Shown here one piece after another: positions 20,235-30,526 of a DNA stretch of 64,000 nucleotides; positions within the stretch are counted from its first letter, which is position 1; every line of letters begins with the position of its first letter. The notes beneath the pieces were generated by a model. It was not told the origin of the DNA, did no database searches, and saw only the letters and a program-made list of their open reading frames with translations. The DNA lies in assembly GCA_037142195.1 (NCBI GenBank), contig JBAXBA010000002.1, positions 1 through 64,000 on the forward strand, in the 5' to 3' direction. The stretch comes from Pseudomonadota bacterium. Its GTDB lineage: Bacteria > Bdellovibrionota_B > Oligoflexia > Oligoflexales > CAIMVM01. Both the position numbers and the translations under genes were made by a program.

Positions 20235-20413
20235 ATGCTTCAGAGCCAATAAATACATCACACCAGAATCTATGTAGTCCGGCCATGCGGCGCCACTGAA
20301 ACGAAAGTTGTTCAACTAGGCGAGAGAACTCGAAAATTAGGTTCGTCTCCGGCTTATGCATTCTTGTGCAATTAGCCTTGCCTTGTGCATTCTTGTGCAA
20401 TTAGCCTTGCCTT
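20235..20413 (+). repeat. copy of 33318-33480 (upstream region of the second Schlafen gene) including the 29-bp tandem
   Basis: cttcagagccaa.aaatacatcacaccagaatcta...cgccactgaaa...ttcgtctccggctt; CTT(A/G)TGCATTCTTGTGCAATTAGCCTTGC x2. Confidence 0.85.
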
Positions 20414-21145
20414 ACAGTCGCGCGTATCATGCAAGAACAAGCAGATGTTATAATAATCGCCGACTGCTGATTTAAACCTGATGCCGTCCGTATTTTCAGG
20501 TGCATTTTTCCTAAGCCAATGGGCCAGTATTTGGCTTGGTGCCGGATACTTAATATCAACCCATGTACCTGCCATGCTGGACATAGGCACGAGGTTAGCT
20601 ATGTTGGGGATTGCTGAGGAAAGACTTATCAAAACCGTATCTATATCAATAAGATTGAGAGCATCTGTTGTTGCGGCTTTTATTTCATAAGTGACTGCGG
20701 TTGACTTTGCCATACCCTCATCGCCGTATTCTTTGCGAACTCCATTTAAATCCTCGCATATATAAAGAGCAGATTTCTTGCGTCCCATATTGCCAAATTC
20801 TTTTACGGCCGTGGACGATGTTTGCGCTCCCCCAATATTGTAGCGACCACCATCACTTAAGGAGCCAGCCGTATCGAGAACATCGATAAGTCTACCAACC
20901 CTACGATAATACGTTTGACGGAAATATTGTTTAATCCAGTCGCTTTCAAAAGTCAGAGGTTCAAGAAGTTTAAAGAGATAGTTACTCTGCGACTGATTAA
21001 GTTTTGCTTCAGACTTCGTTACTTTTTCGACTCTTGTGAGTAGGATTCTGAAATATCGATAGTCCTTAAAAATATGATCACCACTGATTCCAGCGACGAT
21101 CAGGTCTTTCCCCGATATAAAAGCTTTTACAAGTTTACGAATCAT
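20372..21145 (-). CDS. RES-domain NAD+ phosphorylase-type toxin with N-terminal extension
   Basis: YRR, GGRYN, ALYIC..E, SQ.LA, DGIRFKSA, NICLF; downstream of a DUF2384-like gene. Confidence 0.8.
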   Translation of the reverse strand: MIRKLVKAFISGKDLIVAGISGDHIFKDYRYFRILLTRVEKVTKSEAKLNQSQSNYLFKLLEPLTFESDWIKQYFRQTYYRRVGRLIDVLDTAGSLSDGGRYNIGGAQTSSTAVKEFGNMGRKKSALYICEDLNGVRKEYGDEGMAKSTAVTYEIKAATTDALNLIDIDTVLISLSSAIPNIANLVPMSSMAGTWVDIKYPAPSQILAHWLRKNAPENTDGIRFKSAVGDYYNICLFLHDTRDCKARLIAQECTRQG

Positions 21146-21157
21146 AGCTCCTTATTT

Positions 21158-21556
21158 TTAAGCTGTCATTTCTTGTAGTTTAGCAATGACGCTTTCCGCT
21201 TCACCTGCCAATGCCTTCTCAAAAGGGGAGCGGCCAAAAAAGAGATGATTAGGAGACATGACCCAAAGAATGGTTTTCTCTTTGTCACCATCATGCAATT
21301 GAAATGCAAGGTCACTTATCATGACGAGACTAATGAGTCGTTCGCGAACCTTTTTGTCTATGATTGCTGATGGCTGATAAAGTTTAGGGCGCGAAATTTC
21401 AAGTGTCTCTGCAAGTTCTGTTAAAGGAAGACTTGTTAGTTCTGCTATCCGCTTAAACATATCTGTATTGATTTTGGTGAACGCAGAGTTTGTAGCAAAC
21501 CATTTGAGATGGTCGCTGACTTGTCCCGTATGTTCGATATAACTGGCATTTCTCAT
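21158..21556 (-). CDS. Xre/MbcA/ParS (DUF2384-like) antitoxin
   Basis: HTH (LTELAETLEISR) plus WVMSPNHLFFGRSP...GEAESV C-terminal toxin-binding pattern. Confidence 0.82.
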   Translation of the reverse strand: MRNASYIEHTGQVSDHLKWFATNSAFTKINTDMFKRIAELTSLPLTELAETLEISRPKLYQPSAIIDKKVRERLISLVMISDLAFQLHDGDKEKTILWVMSPNHLFFGRSPFEKALAGEAESVIAKLQEMTA

Positions 21557-21780
21557 GTGAACCTCTCAAAGGCAAAATCACCCTCTTATCCCACTATACT
21601 CTAAGATCGGAATAATTCTCAATAACTTAAGTAAATCTAGTTAGTTGACACTATAAGTACATATTTTTACAGAAATAAAACATTTTGTGACATCAAGGAA
21701 TTAATGACCTTTTTTGGGATCGCGCCTCAAAACCTGTTAGTTCCACTTAGACTATGCCTTAGGGCAAAACCCCTTTTTAC

Positions 21781-21942
21781 ACCCATGATTTTTGAGAACT
21801 ATAAAACCTTCCTTTTTGTATCCCAGAATCTATCTCTTCAAAAATAGGTAAAATATTTGGAATGCCATAGCATTAGTAGCAATCTCGTGAGAATCCACGT
21901 CCCAAAGATTTGATGATTTTTGAAGTCATGGGAGATCCCATC
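21781..21942 (+). repeat. degenerate repeat R copy 3
   Basis: acccatgatttttgaga...ttttgtatcccagaa...ggtaaaatattt...ctcgtgagaatc.acgtcccaaagatttgatgattttt. Confidence 0.85.
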
Positions 21943-21973
21943 TTTACTCATTCACCAGCACTCGATCAAATGC

Positions 21974-22963
21974 TCAAGGTAAGGAGAGCCCATTAATCTT
22001 AAATTCAAGAGTTTTGATTTGGCTCAGGAGATCGGAGAAATCAGGAATTTCGCCATAGATCATGACTTGCATTTCTCTGTAGTCTCTTTCTAGCGAAGAA
22101 CGTATGTGTTCAGGGGGCAAGAGCCGCATAGTTCCAGGTTTGGCGAGATCATATCGGGCCCAGCCGCGAGGATAAAATCGCTCTTTGGACGCGACAACAG
22201 ATGCAAGTAAACTGAGATCGCTAAAAGCTGCCTCCTTTACGGGGGATTGGGCTAAACGCGCAAGATCATAGTAATGGCGCGAATAGCGATCCGGTTGAGT
22301 GTTTCCCTCTGGACGAAAGGCTTCATGGTGAAGAATAGTTGCCTTTTCCCAGAAAGTTCGTTCGGCCTTTATGCACTGCACATGGCATGTCTTCCTGTTG
22401 AATACATTCGGGAATTCCTCAGCACAGTAAGGTGTAATTTCATATTTTTCATTTGGTGTCCATATCGCCAATGGTCCGATTTCTAATCGTATCTCAGGCC
22501 TGATGTAAGTCTCAGCGAAAGAAGCTGGGTATTTCACAGAAATGACATTTGGGTCTTTTGGGTCAAGTTCAACCTTGACAACCGGCGCAAGGAGCTGAAT
22601 ACATAACGGTAGTAGCTGGTCCCGAATATAATCCTGTGCTGCTACTTGTAACTGTTTGTTGAATTGATCCTGTTTTGTTCTTGATCTCTTTGCCTCAGGG
22701 TCTTCGTTGGTTATTTCCTTCCAATCGAGGATGAGGTCTATATCTTCAGAGAAACGCTCGATAAGTCCAAACACTTTGGAAAGTGAAGTGCCGCCCTTGA
22801 ACAAGATTTTTCGTGCGAGGCTAGGATCGTCAAAGAGTTTCGCAATTGACCAGCACACCCAGAAGTCTTTTTCAGCGATGGCATTCGATAGGCCACGTCG
22901 GGTGGCGGTTTCACGAAAAAGTTCAGCACGATCTTTAGCTGGTAATGTCGCTATTTTATCCAT
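21974..22963 (-). CDS. AbiEii nucleotidyltransferase toxin
   Basis: EKDFWVCW, FKGGTSLSK...RFSEDIDL, ERTFWEK, SRHYYD; ATG at 22963 overlaps the upstream TGA. Confidence 0.92.
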   Translation of the reverse strand: MDKIATLPAKDRAELFRETATRRGLSNAIAEKDFWVCWSIAKLFDDPSLARKILFKGGTSLSKVFGLIERFSEDIDLILDWKEITNEDPEAKRSRTKQDQFNKQLQVAAQDYIRDQLLPLCIQLLAPVVKVELDPKDPNVISVKYPASFAETYIRPEIRLEIGPLAIWTPNEKYEITPYCAEEFPNVFNRKTCHVQCIKAERTFWEKATILHHEAFRPEGNTQPDRYSRHYYDLARLAQSPVKEAAFSDLSLLASVVASKERFYPRGWARYDLAKPGTMRLLPPEHIRSSLERDYREMQVMIYGEIPDFSDLLSQIKTLEFKINGLSLP

Positions 22964-23574
22964 CAATCTCCCCCCTGGCATATCTTGACTATAGCCGCAT
23001 GAATCCATCCAGTTGTGATTTTGGTGTCAATTAAAACTTTTCTAGACAGGCGAGGATCAAGCCAGTTTCGTATGGTCTCGATGGTATTAGCGTTAATTCT
23101 ATCAGAGCCAAGGGATTTTAGACCCTGAACTATGATCGAACTTTCTCTGTGGGCGAAGCCTGTTTCTTTTAAGGTCGTATGCTTGAAAACGATACTATTT
23201 TTTCCAATCTTAAACACGCGGTTTGGTCCGTCGGAAACATAGACAACCTGTCCTGGAACTTGGTCAGTAAGTCTCATAAGACTCAGTGCCGACGGGCCAT
23301 TGATTTGAATGCGCCATCCAAACTTTCGGGCAATAGCATTGGCTACTGCATCGAGATCGGGACTTAGCGGTTGTTTCAGTAATTCGCTGTATTGTGGCAA
23401 ATCGTAAATGCCACGGACAACACGCCTAATGGTTCCATTTTCGGCCAGGCGATGTAGGGCGCTATCCACGCTAGATCGGATTCCGAGGTGGCCAAAGTCC
23501 TTGCTGGAGAACGCCCAAGCAAAACCTTGGGCTGATATTGACCTAACTATTCGTTTTTCTAAAGAAATATTCAT
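22963..23574 (-). CDS. DUF6088 AbiEi-type antitoxin
   Basis: VDSALHRLAENGTIRRVVRGIYD.P, LTDQVP, YVSDGP; likely start ATG 23574 (MNISLEK). Confidence 0.88.
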   Translation of the reverse strand: MNISLEKRIVRSISAQGFAWAFSSKDFGHLGIRSSVDSALHRLAENGTIRRVVRGIYDLPQYSELLKQPLSPDLDAVANAIARKFGWRIQINGPSALSLMRLTDQVPGQVVYVSDGPNRVFKIGKNSIVFKHTTLKETGFAHRESSIIVQGLKSLGSDRINANTIETIRNWLDPRLSRKVLIDTKITTGWIHAAIVKICQGGD

Positions 23575-23591
23575 ATGTATACCACCATATC

Positions 23592-23623
23592 TTGCAAGAA
23601 ATATTATAACATTTTTCTTGCAA
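23592..23623. promoter_or_regulatory. 10-bp inverted repeat, operator candidate for the DUF6088 operon
   Basis: TTGCAAGAAA-N12-TTTCTTGCAA; decayed copies at about 5683-5713 and about 14824. Confidence 0.6.
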
Positions 23624-23704
23624 CAATACAGCAAAATTGGCTCCCTTGGAGAATGCCCAAAGGAAAGACATTTGGGCGAAGACCTAAACAATCACAAAAC
23701 GCAT

Positions 23705-24525
23705 TCTTTGATTTTTGTCTACTTTAAAACAATGCATTTTATATCCCAAAGCCGCCCTTTCCATAACAGGTAAAATATTTGTAAAGATATGACGCTTGTA
23801 GGGATCTCATTTAAGCCAACTTCCATGATATTAATTAGTATTGCAATAGTGAGAGCTGAACCTTTAGTCTTTCAGTAGCATTCGATATAAAGTTACTATT
23901 TGGACCAAACTCCGATCGTTCTCTACGCTCAGCAGTGATTTGGCATTAGCAAAATCCCTTTAATCTCAAAAAAGAACCACTATCAATGGGCATTCCCTCT
24001 CCCTCATGAAATAACTCATACTCCTTGGAATCACTCCACCCATCAGAGCAAAACCTGAAGACCTTCATCCATTGCCAGAGCTGCGGCTTTCAAAAGACTT
24101 TCCTCGTAGTTTGAAGATTGATTTCAGAATCGATAGTGTCAGCTAGAGGGCATATAGTGGCCTTAAGTTCTGGGGGTGTCATGGAAGTGGTCCGTCAGAG
24201 CTGGCTTAGGATCTAGAAAAAGAGGAGGACATATGCCTTTTGGATCAGAAATTTTAGGCGGTATTTTAGTTGGCCTTGGCATGGCTATAACGCTCTTATA
24301 TGAAAGTCAGATTTCAGGAGCGTCGGGCTATGCAGCGGCGAGCTTAAGACCAAGTCCTACCGGAAGAGCGGAGCTCTATTTTGTCGCAGGTCTCGTTTTG
24401 GCAGGGCTGATTTGGCGGTTTGCGGGAGGTCATCTGAGTGATGCTGATGAGAGTCATCTCGGAATTCCAGCCTGGATTCTTGCTGGGCTATTGGTGGGCT
24501 TTGGAGCCCGCTTAGGAGGAGGCTG
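23705..24525 (+). repeat. repeat R copy 4, running into a near-identical copy of the yeeE 5' region (42200-42703)
   Basis: From about 24134 to 24525 it is almost base-for-base identical to about 42313-42703; more diverged leftwards. Confidence 0.92.
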
Positions 24526-24532
24526 TATTTAG
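24233..24532 (+). pseudogene. 3'-truncated duplicate of the YeeE/YedE gene
   Basis: MPFGSEILGG...GARLGGGC then I-stop, where the intact copy continues TSGHGVCG. Confidence 0.9.
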
Positions 24533-24578
24533 AAAATCTTCAATGATCAACAAAGCAAATCTAAACTGGCTTGCACTG

Positions 24579-26567
24579 CTAACTTATTTCGTTAATTCTA
24601 GGTATCACTGTCTTCACAGCTGCTCCGGCTTGCAGAAGCAATCTAAGAAGCTGCGCATGCGCTATGGGTTTTGGTATGAAACTATCAGCTCCAGACTCAA
24701 TTGCAAACTTGTTATCGGCAGCAACGATGCGGTTTGAATGGATACAAATAAGTGCCTTGGAGCCACGGCGCCTCAACTCGGCAACGAGTTCAAAGCCATT
24801 CAAAGACATTTTGCCCATGTCAACATCAGTGACTATGAAGTCATAGTCATGGTTTGTGATAGCTTGTAAAGCTTCAATCGAACCATCGGCCTGAGTCAAT
24901 TCTAACGCCTTACTTAGTTCCGGCGTTCTCATCATATGTGATGCAAGCGCACTTCGGTAGATGGGCTCATCGTCTACAATCAATACCCGCAAAGGACGAC
25001 CGATGGATGAATGCGCGAGCAAGACATCTTCTTCCAATGATAATTCACCCTTATCGATACTTGTTGAGGCTTGAATTTTTTCCGTAAGCAGTGTCAACTG
25101 CTTTGCTATGTCAGAACTGTGCTGCGGCAAACTTGCCGTGGTGGCATTGAGTTGGTTGGCAGTAGGCAACGTAAAGAAAAACTCAACCTTGCCCTCAGGG
25201 TGTTCTGACGTCTTACTCGATTCGCACCAAATCTTGCCACCGTGAGCATTTACTACCTTTTGTGCAATGGCCAGTCCAAGGCCTGTGCCGCCCTTTTTGC
25301 CGCTAGTAAAAAAAGTATCAAAAAGCTTAGCTAGATTTTCTTCTAGAATCACAGAGCCTTCATTACCAATACAAAAAGTAATCATTCCTTTTGATTCCAA
25401 AGTCTTAAACCACATCGATCCTTTGTACCTCATCTCCTGGAAAGCATTGTCCACGATGTTAGAGAACACGCGGCTGATTTTTTGGACATGAACGTATGCC
25501 AAGTGAGTGTGTTCAAAGTCGTAAGAGAATGAAATTTTAGCGTCAGGATAAATTCGAACAACGTCCCCAAGAGTCGATTCAATTATAGATTCAGGGCTTA
25601 CTGCCTCTTGTATCAACTTAACCGAGGATGACCCAATCTCCATTACGTCAGCAAGCATACCATCAACACCAATCATAGCACTGTCAATCTGGGGAACGAC
25701 GCGAGACATCACCTTTTTCACACTTTCAGGATCTTTGGCATTGCCAAGCATCGCAAGACCGATACGCAACATGGTTAAAGGCTTGCGGACGTCGTGGGCT
25801 AACATTTGGGTGGTGCGGGCAATTGCCTCATCAGTGCGTGCTTGAAATTTAACTTCGGCCTTTTCAGCTTCGCTTAGGCGAATAGCAATTGCAAGCTCAC
25901 CGATTTCGCGAGCAAGTCTTCGAATGACTGTAACCAGGCGCATTTCTTCTGACGAGCTCGGATTCTTAGGGCTCTGTGCCGTCTTGACAGTCTCGTGATT
26001 TCTTACAGGATCGCTAAGGATCTGATCAGCGAGAGCTTCAATAGCAGAGATAGCTCGATCCAGGTTCGAAAACTCATTTTTCATCGTGTGTCGTACTGAA
26101 ATCAGTATCAAGGAACAAAGTACTAGCAAGCTAAGGCTAATCAAGCCAATAACGTGAATAGTTGGTTCCACCCAAGCAGATCTATCCACAAAAAGATGGA
26201 TAACACCCCAGCTAGTTCCCATCTCATCAAGAACCGCTACGGTCTCATGGGGGCCTTCGGTGGCACCAATATTGCAAATTTCGACGCCTTGCTGATTATT
26301 GACCTTAACCCCAGTAAATAAACCAGTTTCCAGCGCCATACGCATTGTGTTTTTAATTGGCAAGCTATCGGATGATATTAAATGACTGACGATATTATTT
26401 GGAAGTGATGCCCGCCAGGTGACAATTTGGCGAGACTGAAACGACTGAACTGTGACCCCGATACTGAAACCAGCAATAATAATTACTAATATAGACCCTA
26501 GTAATGCTTTAGGAGCGATGGCTCGCATTAATTTTGAATAAATGCTACTTAAGGAGTGAGAGCTCAT
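24579..26567 (-). CDS. membrane-bound hybrid sensor histidine kinase/response regulator
   Basis: Two TM segments around a periplasmic region, H-box LAHDVRKPL, N-box NIVDNA, GGTGLGL, C-terminal receiver (IVDDE, VTDVDM, FIPKP). Confidence 0.93.
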   Translation of the reverse strand: MSSHSLSSIYSKLMRAIAPKALLGSILVIIIAGFSIGVTVQSFQSRQIVTWRASLPNNIVSHLISSDSLPIKNTMRMALETGLFTGVKVNNQQGVEICNIGATEGPHETVAVLDEMGTSWGVIHLFVDRSAWVEPTIHVIGLISLSLLVLCSLILISVRHTMKNEFSNLDRAISAIEALADQILSDPVRNHETVKTAQSPKNPSSSEEMRLVTVIRRLAREIGELAIAIRLSEAEKAEVKFQARTDEAIARTTQMLAHDVRKPLTMLRIGLAMLGNAKDPESVKKVMSRVVPQIDSAMIGVDGMLADVMEIGSSSVKLIQEAVSPESIIESTLGDVVRIYPDAKISFSYDFEHTHLAYVHVQKISRVFSNIVDNAFQEMRYKGSMWFKTLESKGMITFCIGNEGSVILEENLAKLFDTFFTSGKKGGTGLGLAIAQKVVNAHGGKIWCESSKTSEHPEGKVEFFFTLPTANQLNATTASLPQHSSDIAKQLTLLTEKIQASTSIDKGELSLEEDVLLAHSSIGRPLRVLIVDDEPIYRSALASHMMRTPELSKALELTQADGSIEALQAITNHDYDFIVTDVDMGKMSLNGFELVAELRRRGSKALICIHSNRIVAADNKFAIESGADSFIPKPIAHAQLLRLLLQAGAAVKTVIPRINEIS

Positions 26568-27772
26568 AGTATACCTCTACGCCTTACCAATGCTGGAAAC
26601 AATACGAACATCTGCAAGACTCCTGCTGTTATAAAAAGTAAAGGAAGTGCGTTTAAAGAATAAGCGCCAATAACTACAAATGGAGATAAAGCCATTGCAA
26701 TCCCTGATGCTACGCTGGTCATGGACACTGCCCTAACCTGTTCGCCTAGTGATGCTGCCTTTAGAATGAGGTCATCTCTTCGACTAAGAACACCTAGCTC
26801 CATGCCTATTCGCGCCAAAAGTATCATTAAAATTATGGTGACAATTTGATCCGAATCCCCAATCAGATAAAGTAGAAATCCGTTTGGAATCAAGAAAAAA
26901 GATGCAACAGCCCGAATAGATTTGATACCCCAAATATTCCTATATGCGAGGTTGGCTAAAAATATAGAGGTAGCCTCGATCGCCCAAAACGCCCCCCGGA
27001 AGGAATCTGGCAGCACAGTAAGCGGGACAAAAAAGGAGTTGGAAGATGCAATCAGGGGGATAATAGCCACACATGCATATGACAATACGACGAATAATAG
27101 ATAGATCAGCATACTCGAGTCCGTGAATAGGCCAAATTTTTCTGCCGATTTGGAGCCGCCATCGCTCTTCGTCGCCTGGCTTCCCCAATCGCCATTCTTA
27201 AAGAATTTGGTCTGCGGCAGCAAAATTGCGGCGACCAAATAGGTTGCTAAATCAAAGCAAAGCACGCCTTGCCATCCACCGAAGTGCTCAATGATTGGCC
27301 ATGATAGACCTGCAAGCAAAAAAGATATTGCCGCAATAGTACCGCGTAGTGCCTGCGACGATTTGAATTTATGCTCATCACTTTCAACTCGCCGAAAAAT
27401 GACGGTGATAACATTGTTCAACACTACTGAAGGTATCGCTGAGGCAACTATCACAGCAACCGACAAGCCAGGTTGCTTGAACCATAGGGCTAAACCTAAC
27501 AAGACATTGCAAAGTACGCCGATAATTTGCGACCCCAATACAGAAGTCCGACCTCCTAAATGGAGCGACAAACCAGATCCAGCCAGGACCAAGGCAGACA
27601 CACAAAGAGTTTTTAAACTTAATGCGATTGCCACCGCCTCAAGTCCGCCGCCTATGACCCCAACTGTTTTGAATCCTACAAAGGATGTTAAATTGGTGCC
27701 AAAATTAGTCAATCCGAGAAGTAAAAGCATAGCCAAACGCTCATTATTTTTCACTTTATCATCCGCGTTCAT
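26564..27772 (-). CDS. MFS-type transporter (probable exporter)
   Basis: 402 aa with about 12 hydrophobic segments and a central hydrophilic loop; coupled to both neighbours. Confidence 0.75.
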   Translation of the reverse strand: MNADDKVKNNERLAMLLLLGLTNFGTNLTSFVGFKTVGVIGGGLEAVAIALSLKTLCVSALVLAGSGLSLHLGGRTSVLGSQIIGVLCNVLLGLALWFKQPGLSVAVIVASAIPSVVLNNVITVIFRRVESDEHKFKSSQALRGTIAAISFLLAGLSWPIIEHFGGWQGVLCFDLATYLVAAILLPQTKFFKNGDWGSQATKSDGGSKSAEKFGLFTDSSMLIYLLFVVLSYACVAIIPLIASSNSFFVPLTVLPDSFRGAFWAIEATSIFLANLAYRNIWGIKSIRAVASFFLIPNGFLLYLIGDSDQIVTIILMILLARIGMELGVLSRRDDLILKAASLGEQVRAVSMTSVASGIAMALSPFVVIGAYSLNALPLLFITAGVLQMFVLFPALVRRRGIL

Positions 27773-29003
27773 ATACTAGGAAGTGCCTTCCGACTTCTTT
27801 TGCTACCAACTCAATCCTTTTCAGATTATGGGATTTCAATAGATCATCGTATTCGCTAAGTGTTCTCTCTTTGCCACCAGCTTGAAGTAACATATTGAAA
27901 TCGTAACCTGCGTTCTTTATACGATCATCTTCTAAGGGGCGTTCTAAGACAATGATCTTTCCTCCTGGCTCAAGGTAAGCCAGAGCATTGCGAAGAATAG
28001 AATCGCAGGTTAAATCGTCCCAATCGTGCAAGATCCAGCCTAGGATAAGACAGTCAAAGGCTTCCAGTTGTGTTGAAGTTGAAGCTTTCTCGTGTTGAAC
28101 TGTAAAATCCTGATAGAAACGCCGAATGTTCAAGTCATCCGCTCCACATACTGTAGTGCGAAGCTTTTGCAAAGAGAATTGGGTGGAGGGGTGATCCATT
28201 ACCGTGAAGTCCGCTGGTCTCAAAAAAATTGACTTGCATGCCAACATCACTTGGCCTATGCCACCACCAACATCGAGAAATTTTGTCGATCCTGTTTTTT
28301 CCAAATAATCCGCTAGCTCTAGGTTACTTTGCCAATTAGAGAATGCAAACGTCAAGGCATGAAGGGCCATCAGATCATCCGGTTTGTCGTAGTGATCAAA
28401 AAGTCGAGTTGAAGAAAGTTCAAAGGCAACATCAGCGACACTTCCACCACGCTCTAAACCGAGTAAAATACAGTCATTAGTCATTGCTCTGCGAACTACA
28501 TGTCTGTAGAAAGTAAGCGTCATCAAATTTGAAGCCTCATAAAATAGATTTGGCTCGTTCTTATAAAGTAGACTTAGGGATCCTGCAAAAGAGATTATCT
28601 GATCGACATAGGATATGATCGCCCCCAGTGAGCTCTCACTTTCAATCTCAGATTTTAGCCATTGTATAAGTTCCGTTTGAGCATAAGTTTCGCGACGATG
28701 TTCAGTCATCTTAAAAGCTATTCCAGTTGAAGTTTTTTCGAGCATGCACATGCCTGATTCAACAAGAGCATTTAGCATTCTCTGGCATGCCTCCAATTTC
28801 CATCCGAAATGGGCGGCTAGATCTGATGCAAAAAAACGAGCCTGCACATAATCTCCCGCTGTTGCGGCCTTTAAGTACTTTTCAATTCGAGGTTTTGCAA
28901 AGTCTTCAATTCTAATAAGAACAAATATCCGCAAGTCATCGCGATCAAGTTTTTTACTCCATTTCTGGTAAGTCTCCAGAATAGGCTTATCTATTATTTG
29001 CAA
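27759..29003 (-). CDS. SAM-dependent O-methyltransferase (Methyltransf_2 type) with N-terminal wHTH/dimerisation region
   Basis: FLDVGGGIG, WILHDWDD, LEPGGKIIVLE, GGKERTLSEY. Confidence 0.9.
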   Translation of the reverse strand: MQIIDKPILETYQKWSKKLDRDDLRIFVLIRIEDFAKPRIEKYLKAATAGDYVQARFFASDLAAHFGWKLEACQRMLNALVESGMCMLEKTSTGIAFKMTEHRRETYAQTELIQWLKSEIESESSLGAIISYVDQIISFAGSLSLLYKNEPNLFYEASNLMTLTFYRHVVRRAMTNDCILLGLERGGSVADVAFELSSTRLFDHYDKPDDLMALHALTFAFSNWQSNLELADYLEKTGSTKFLDVGGGIGQVMLACKSIFLRPADFTVMDHPSTQFSLQKLRTTVCGADDLNIRRFYQDFTVQHEKASTSTQLEAFDCLILGWILHDWDDLTCDSILRNALAYLEPGGKIIVLERPLEDDRIKNAGYDFNMLLQAGGKERTLSEYDDLLKSHNLKRIELVAKEVGRHFLVYERG

Positions 29004-30526
29004 GCATCACCTCGAGAAATTTTTTCAAGATAAGAAAATGAATTGGGACTAATGAGCACCCCGGAGAGACTATTTGGAATTTGAATACAGCTCTTTACGA
29101 AATTTACATGCCCTACATGATACATCGGTATCATGATAGATTCCTCGAAAATATCCCGGTCAAGTTCGCGATAGATCTCAAAGCGATCACTTAGATTAGG
29201 CAGTCCCATAGCGCGATGCAATAAATCAACATATAGAGGCTTAGTGTAAAAAAAGAATAGATTACCATCGCCTGGCAAAAATCTTCTAAAAACGGCGCCA
29301 GCATCCCTAGATGGAAATAGAAAAAGTTCAATGTATGCAGCAGTTTTTGGGTGACCTTCTCTAGGACTCATCTCTGCATAGCTCTTCTCATATTGAAAAT
29401 TTGCCTGAAGCCCCACACTTGCCATGGCCTTTGTAATACGCTCTTGATCACATGTGGATGCACGTCCTATGTGTTCGTAAATGGTTACAATTGAGTCTGC
29501 CGCCGACAACTTGGGAAAACTAAGAGCCTTTTGTGTAGACGATATATTAGGTTTTTTGTTAAGGCTTCCACCTATACCGGGTGGGATAAAGCCAATTGCA
29601 GATGTGGTCCCTGGGGAGCACTGTTCGATCTTTTGTATGTCGCTAATTTGGCGGTGAAGCTCCTGCCTTCTATTTTTGTCTTTAAATGCTGCAAATTTTG
29701 GGTTGACCACAAGAGTTTGGGTAACAGACGCAGAGTGAAAGTGCTTATTATAGGCTGCAGAGTGAATTTTAGCTCCCGTGGAGGATAGATACATAGCCGC
29801 GACATCGACCGTGCCTGCGTCTAATGTTTGGGCAATATTTTTTTCATCGTAATAGCGAAAAGTAATTTTATCATGTTTCGCTTCTTTGGGGGTTCTCTTC
29901 ATGAATTCGTTGGGCACGACTGTAGCCTCATTGGCTAATTTGGAGTCGACCCGGTAGGGACCACTTCCAATAGTTGATCCATTTGAAGCAATTTTGAATA
30001 CAGAAACGTTCAGAGATGCTATTCGATACAAAAAACTACTTGGATCAAACTTTAATTGAAAAATCACCGAAGTTCGGTCCGTAGACTCCCTGATTCCCAC
30101 AGCATTTGAATTGCCCTCAATACACCCAGCCAAATCATCTAGAAGGTCACGAATGCGACTTTCCTTCGAGCACAGAATCTGAAATGAACGAACGATGTCT
30201 GCAGTGGTAACATTACTGCCATCAGAAAATTTATGCTTAGGGCGAATGACAACGCTCAATTCCTTATGTGATCGATCGAATGTCCATGATTCAGCTAATT
30301 CAGGGGCAATCGCACCATCCTCATTCAACTTAAAAAGTCCTTCATAGATGAGTGACAAAATAAAACGTTCCTGAGCGATAGCAACTTTTTGCGGCTCAGT
30401 ATTTAGGATAGGATTTGGTATGGCAACAAGCAAATTGTCTTGACCTTGTTTTTTAGCCAACGCAGCGCTGGAAATAAAATAGAATACCCAAATCACGAAC
30501 AATTTTTTTCGGCTAAACATCCTCAT
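28994..30526 (-). CDS. family-5 (OppA/DppA-like) solute-binding protein with no cognate ABC permease/ATPase
   Basis: Signal peptide, IYEGLFKL...IAPELAESW, KFSDGSNVTTADIVRSF, GSGPYRV. Confidence 0.88.
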   Translation of the reverse strand: MRMFSRKKLFVIWVFYFISSAALAKKQGQDNLLVAIPNPILNTEPQKVAIAQERFILSLIYEGLFKLNEDGAIAPELAESWTFDRSHKELSVVIRPKHKFSDGSNVTTADIVRSFQILCSKESRIRDLLDDLAGCIEGNSNAVGIRESTDRTSVIFQLKFDPSSFLYRIASLNVSVFKIASNGSTIGSGPYRVDSKLANEATVVPNEFMKRTPKEAKHDKITFRYYDEKNIAQTLDAGTVDVAAMYLSSTGAKIHSAAYNKHFHSASVTQTLVVNPKFAAFKDKNRRQELHRQISDIQKIEQCSPGTTSAIGFIPPGIGGSLNKKPNISSTQKALSFPKLSAADSIVTIYEHIGRASTCDQERITKAMASVGLQANFQYEKSYAEMSPREGHPKTAAYIELFLFPSRDAGAVFRRFLPGDGNLFFFYTKPLYVDLLHRAMGLPNLSDRFEIYRELDRDIFEESIMIPMYHVGHVNFVKSCIQIPNSLSGVLISPNSFSYLEKISRGDACK

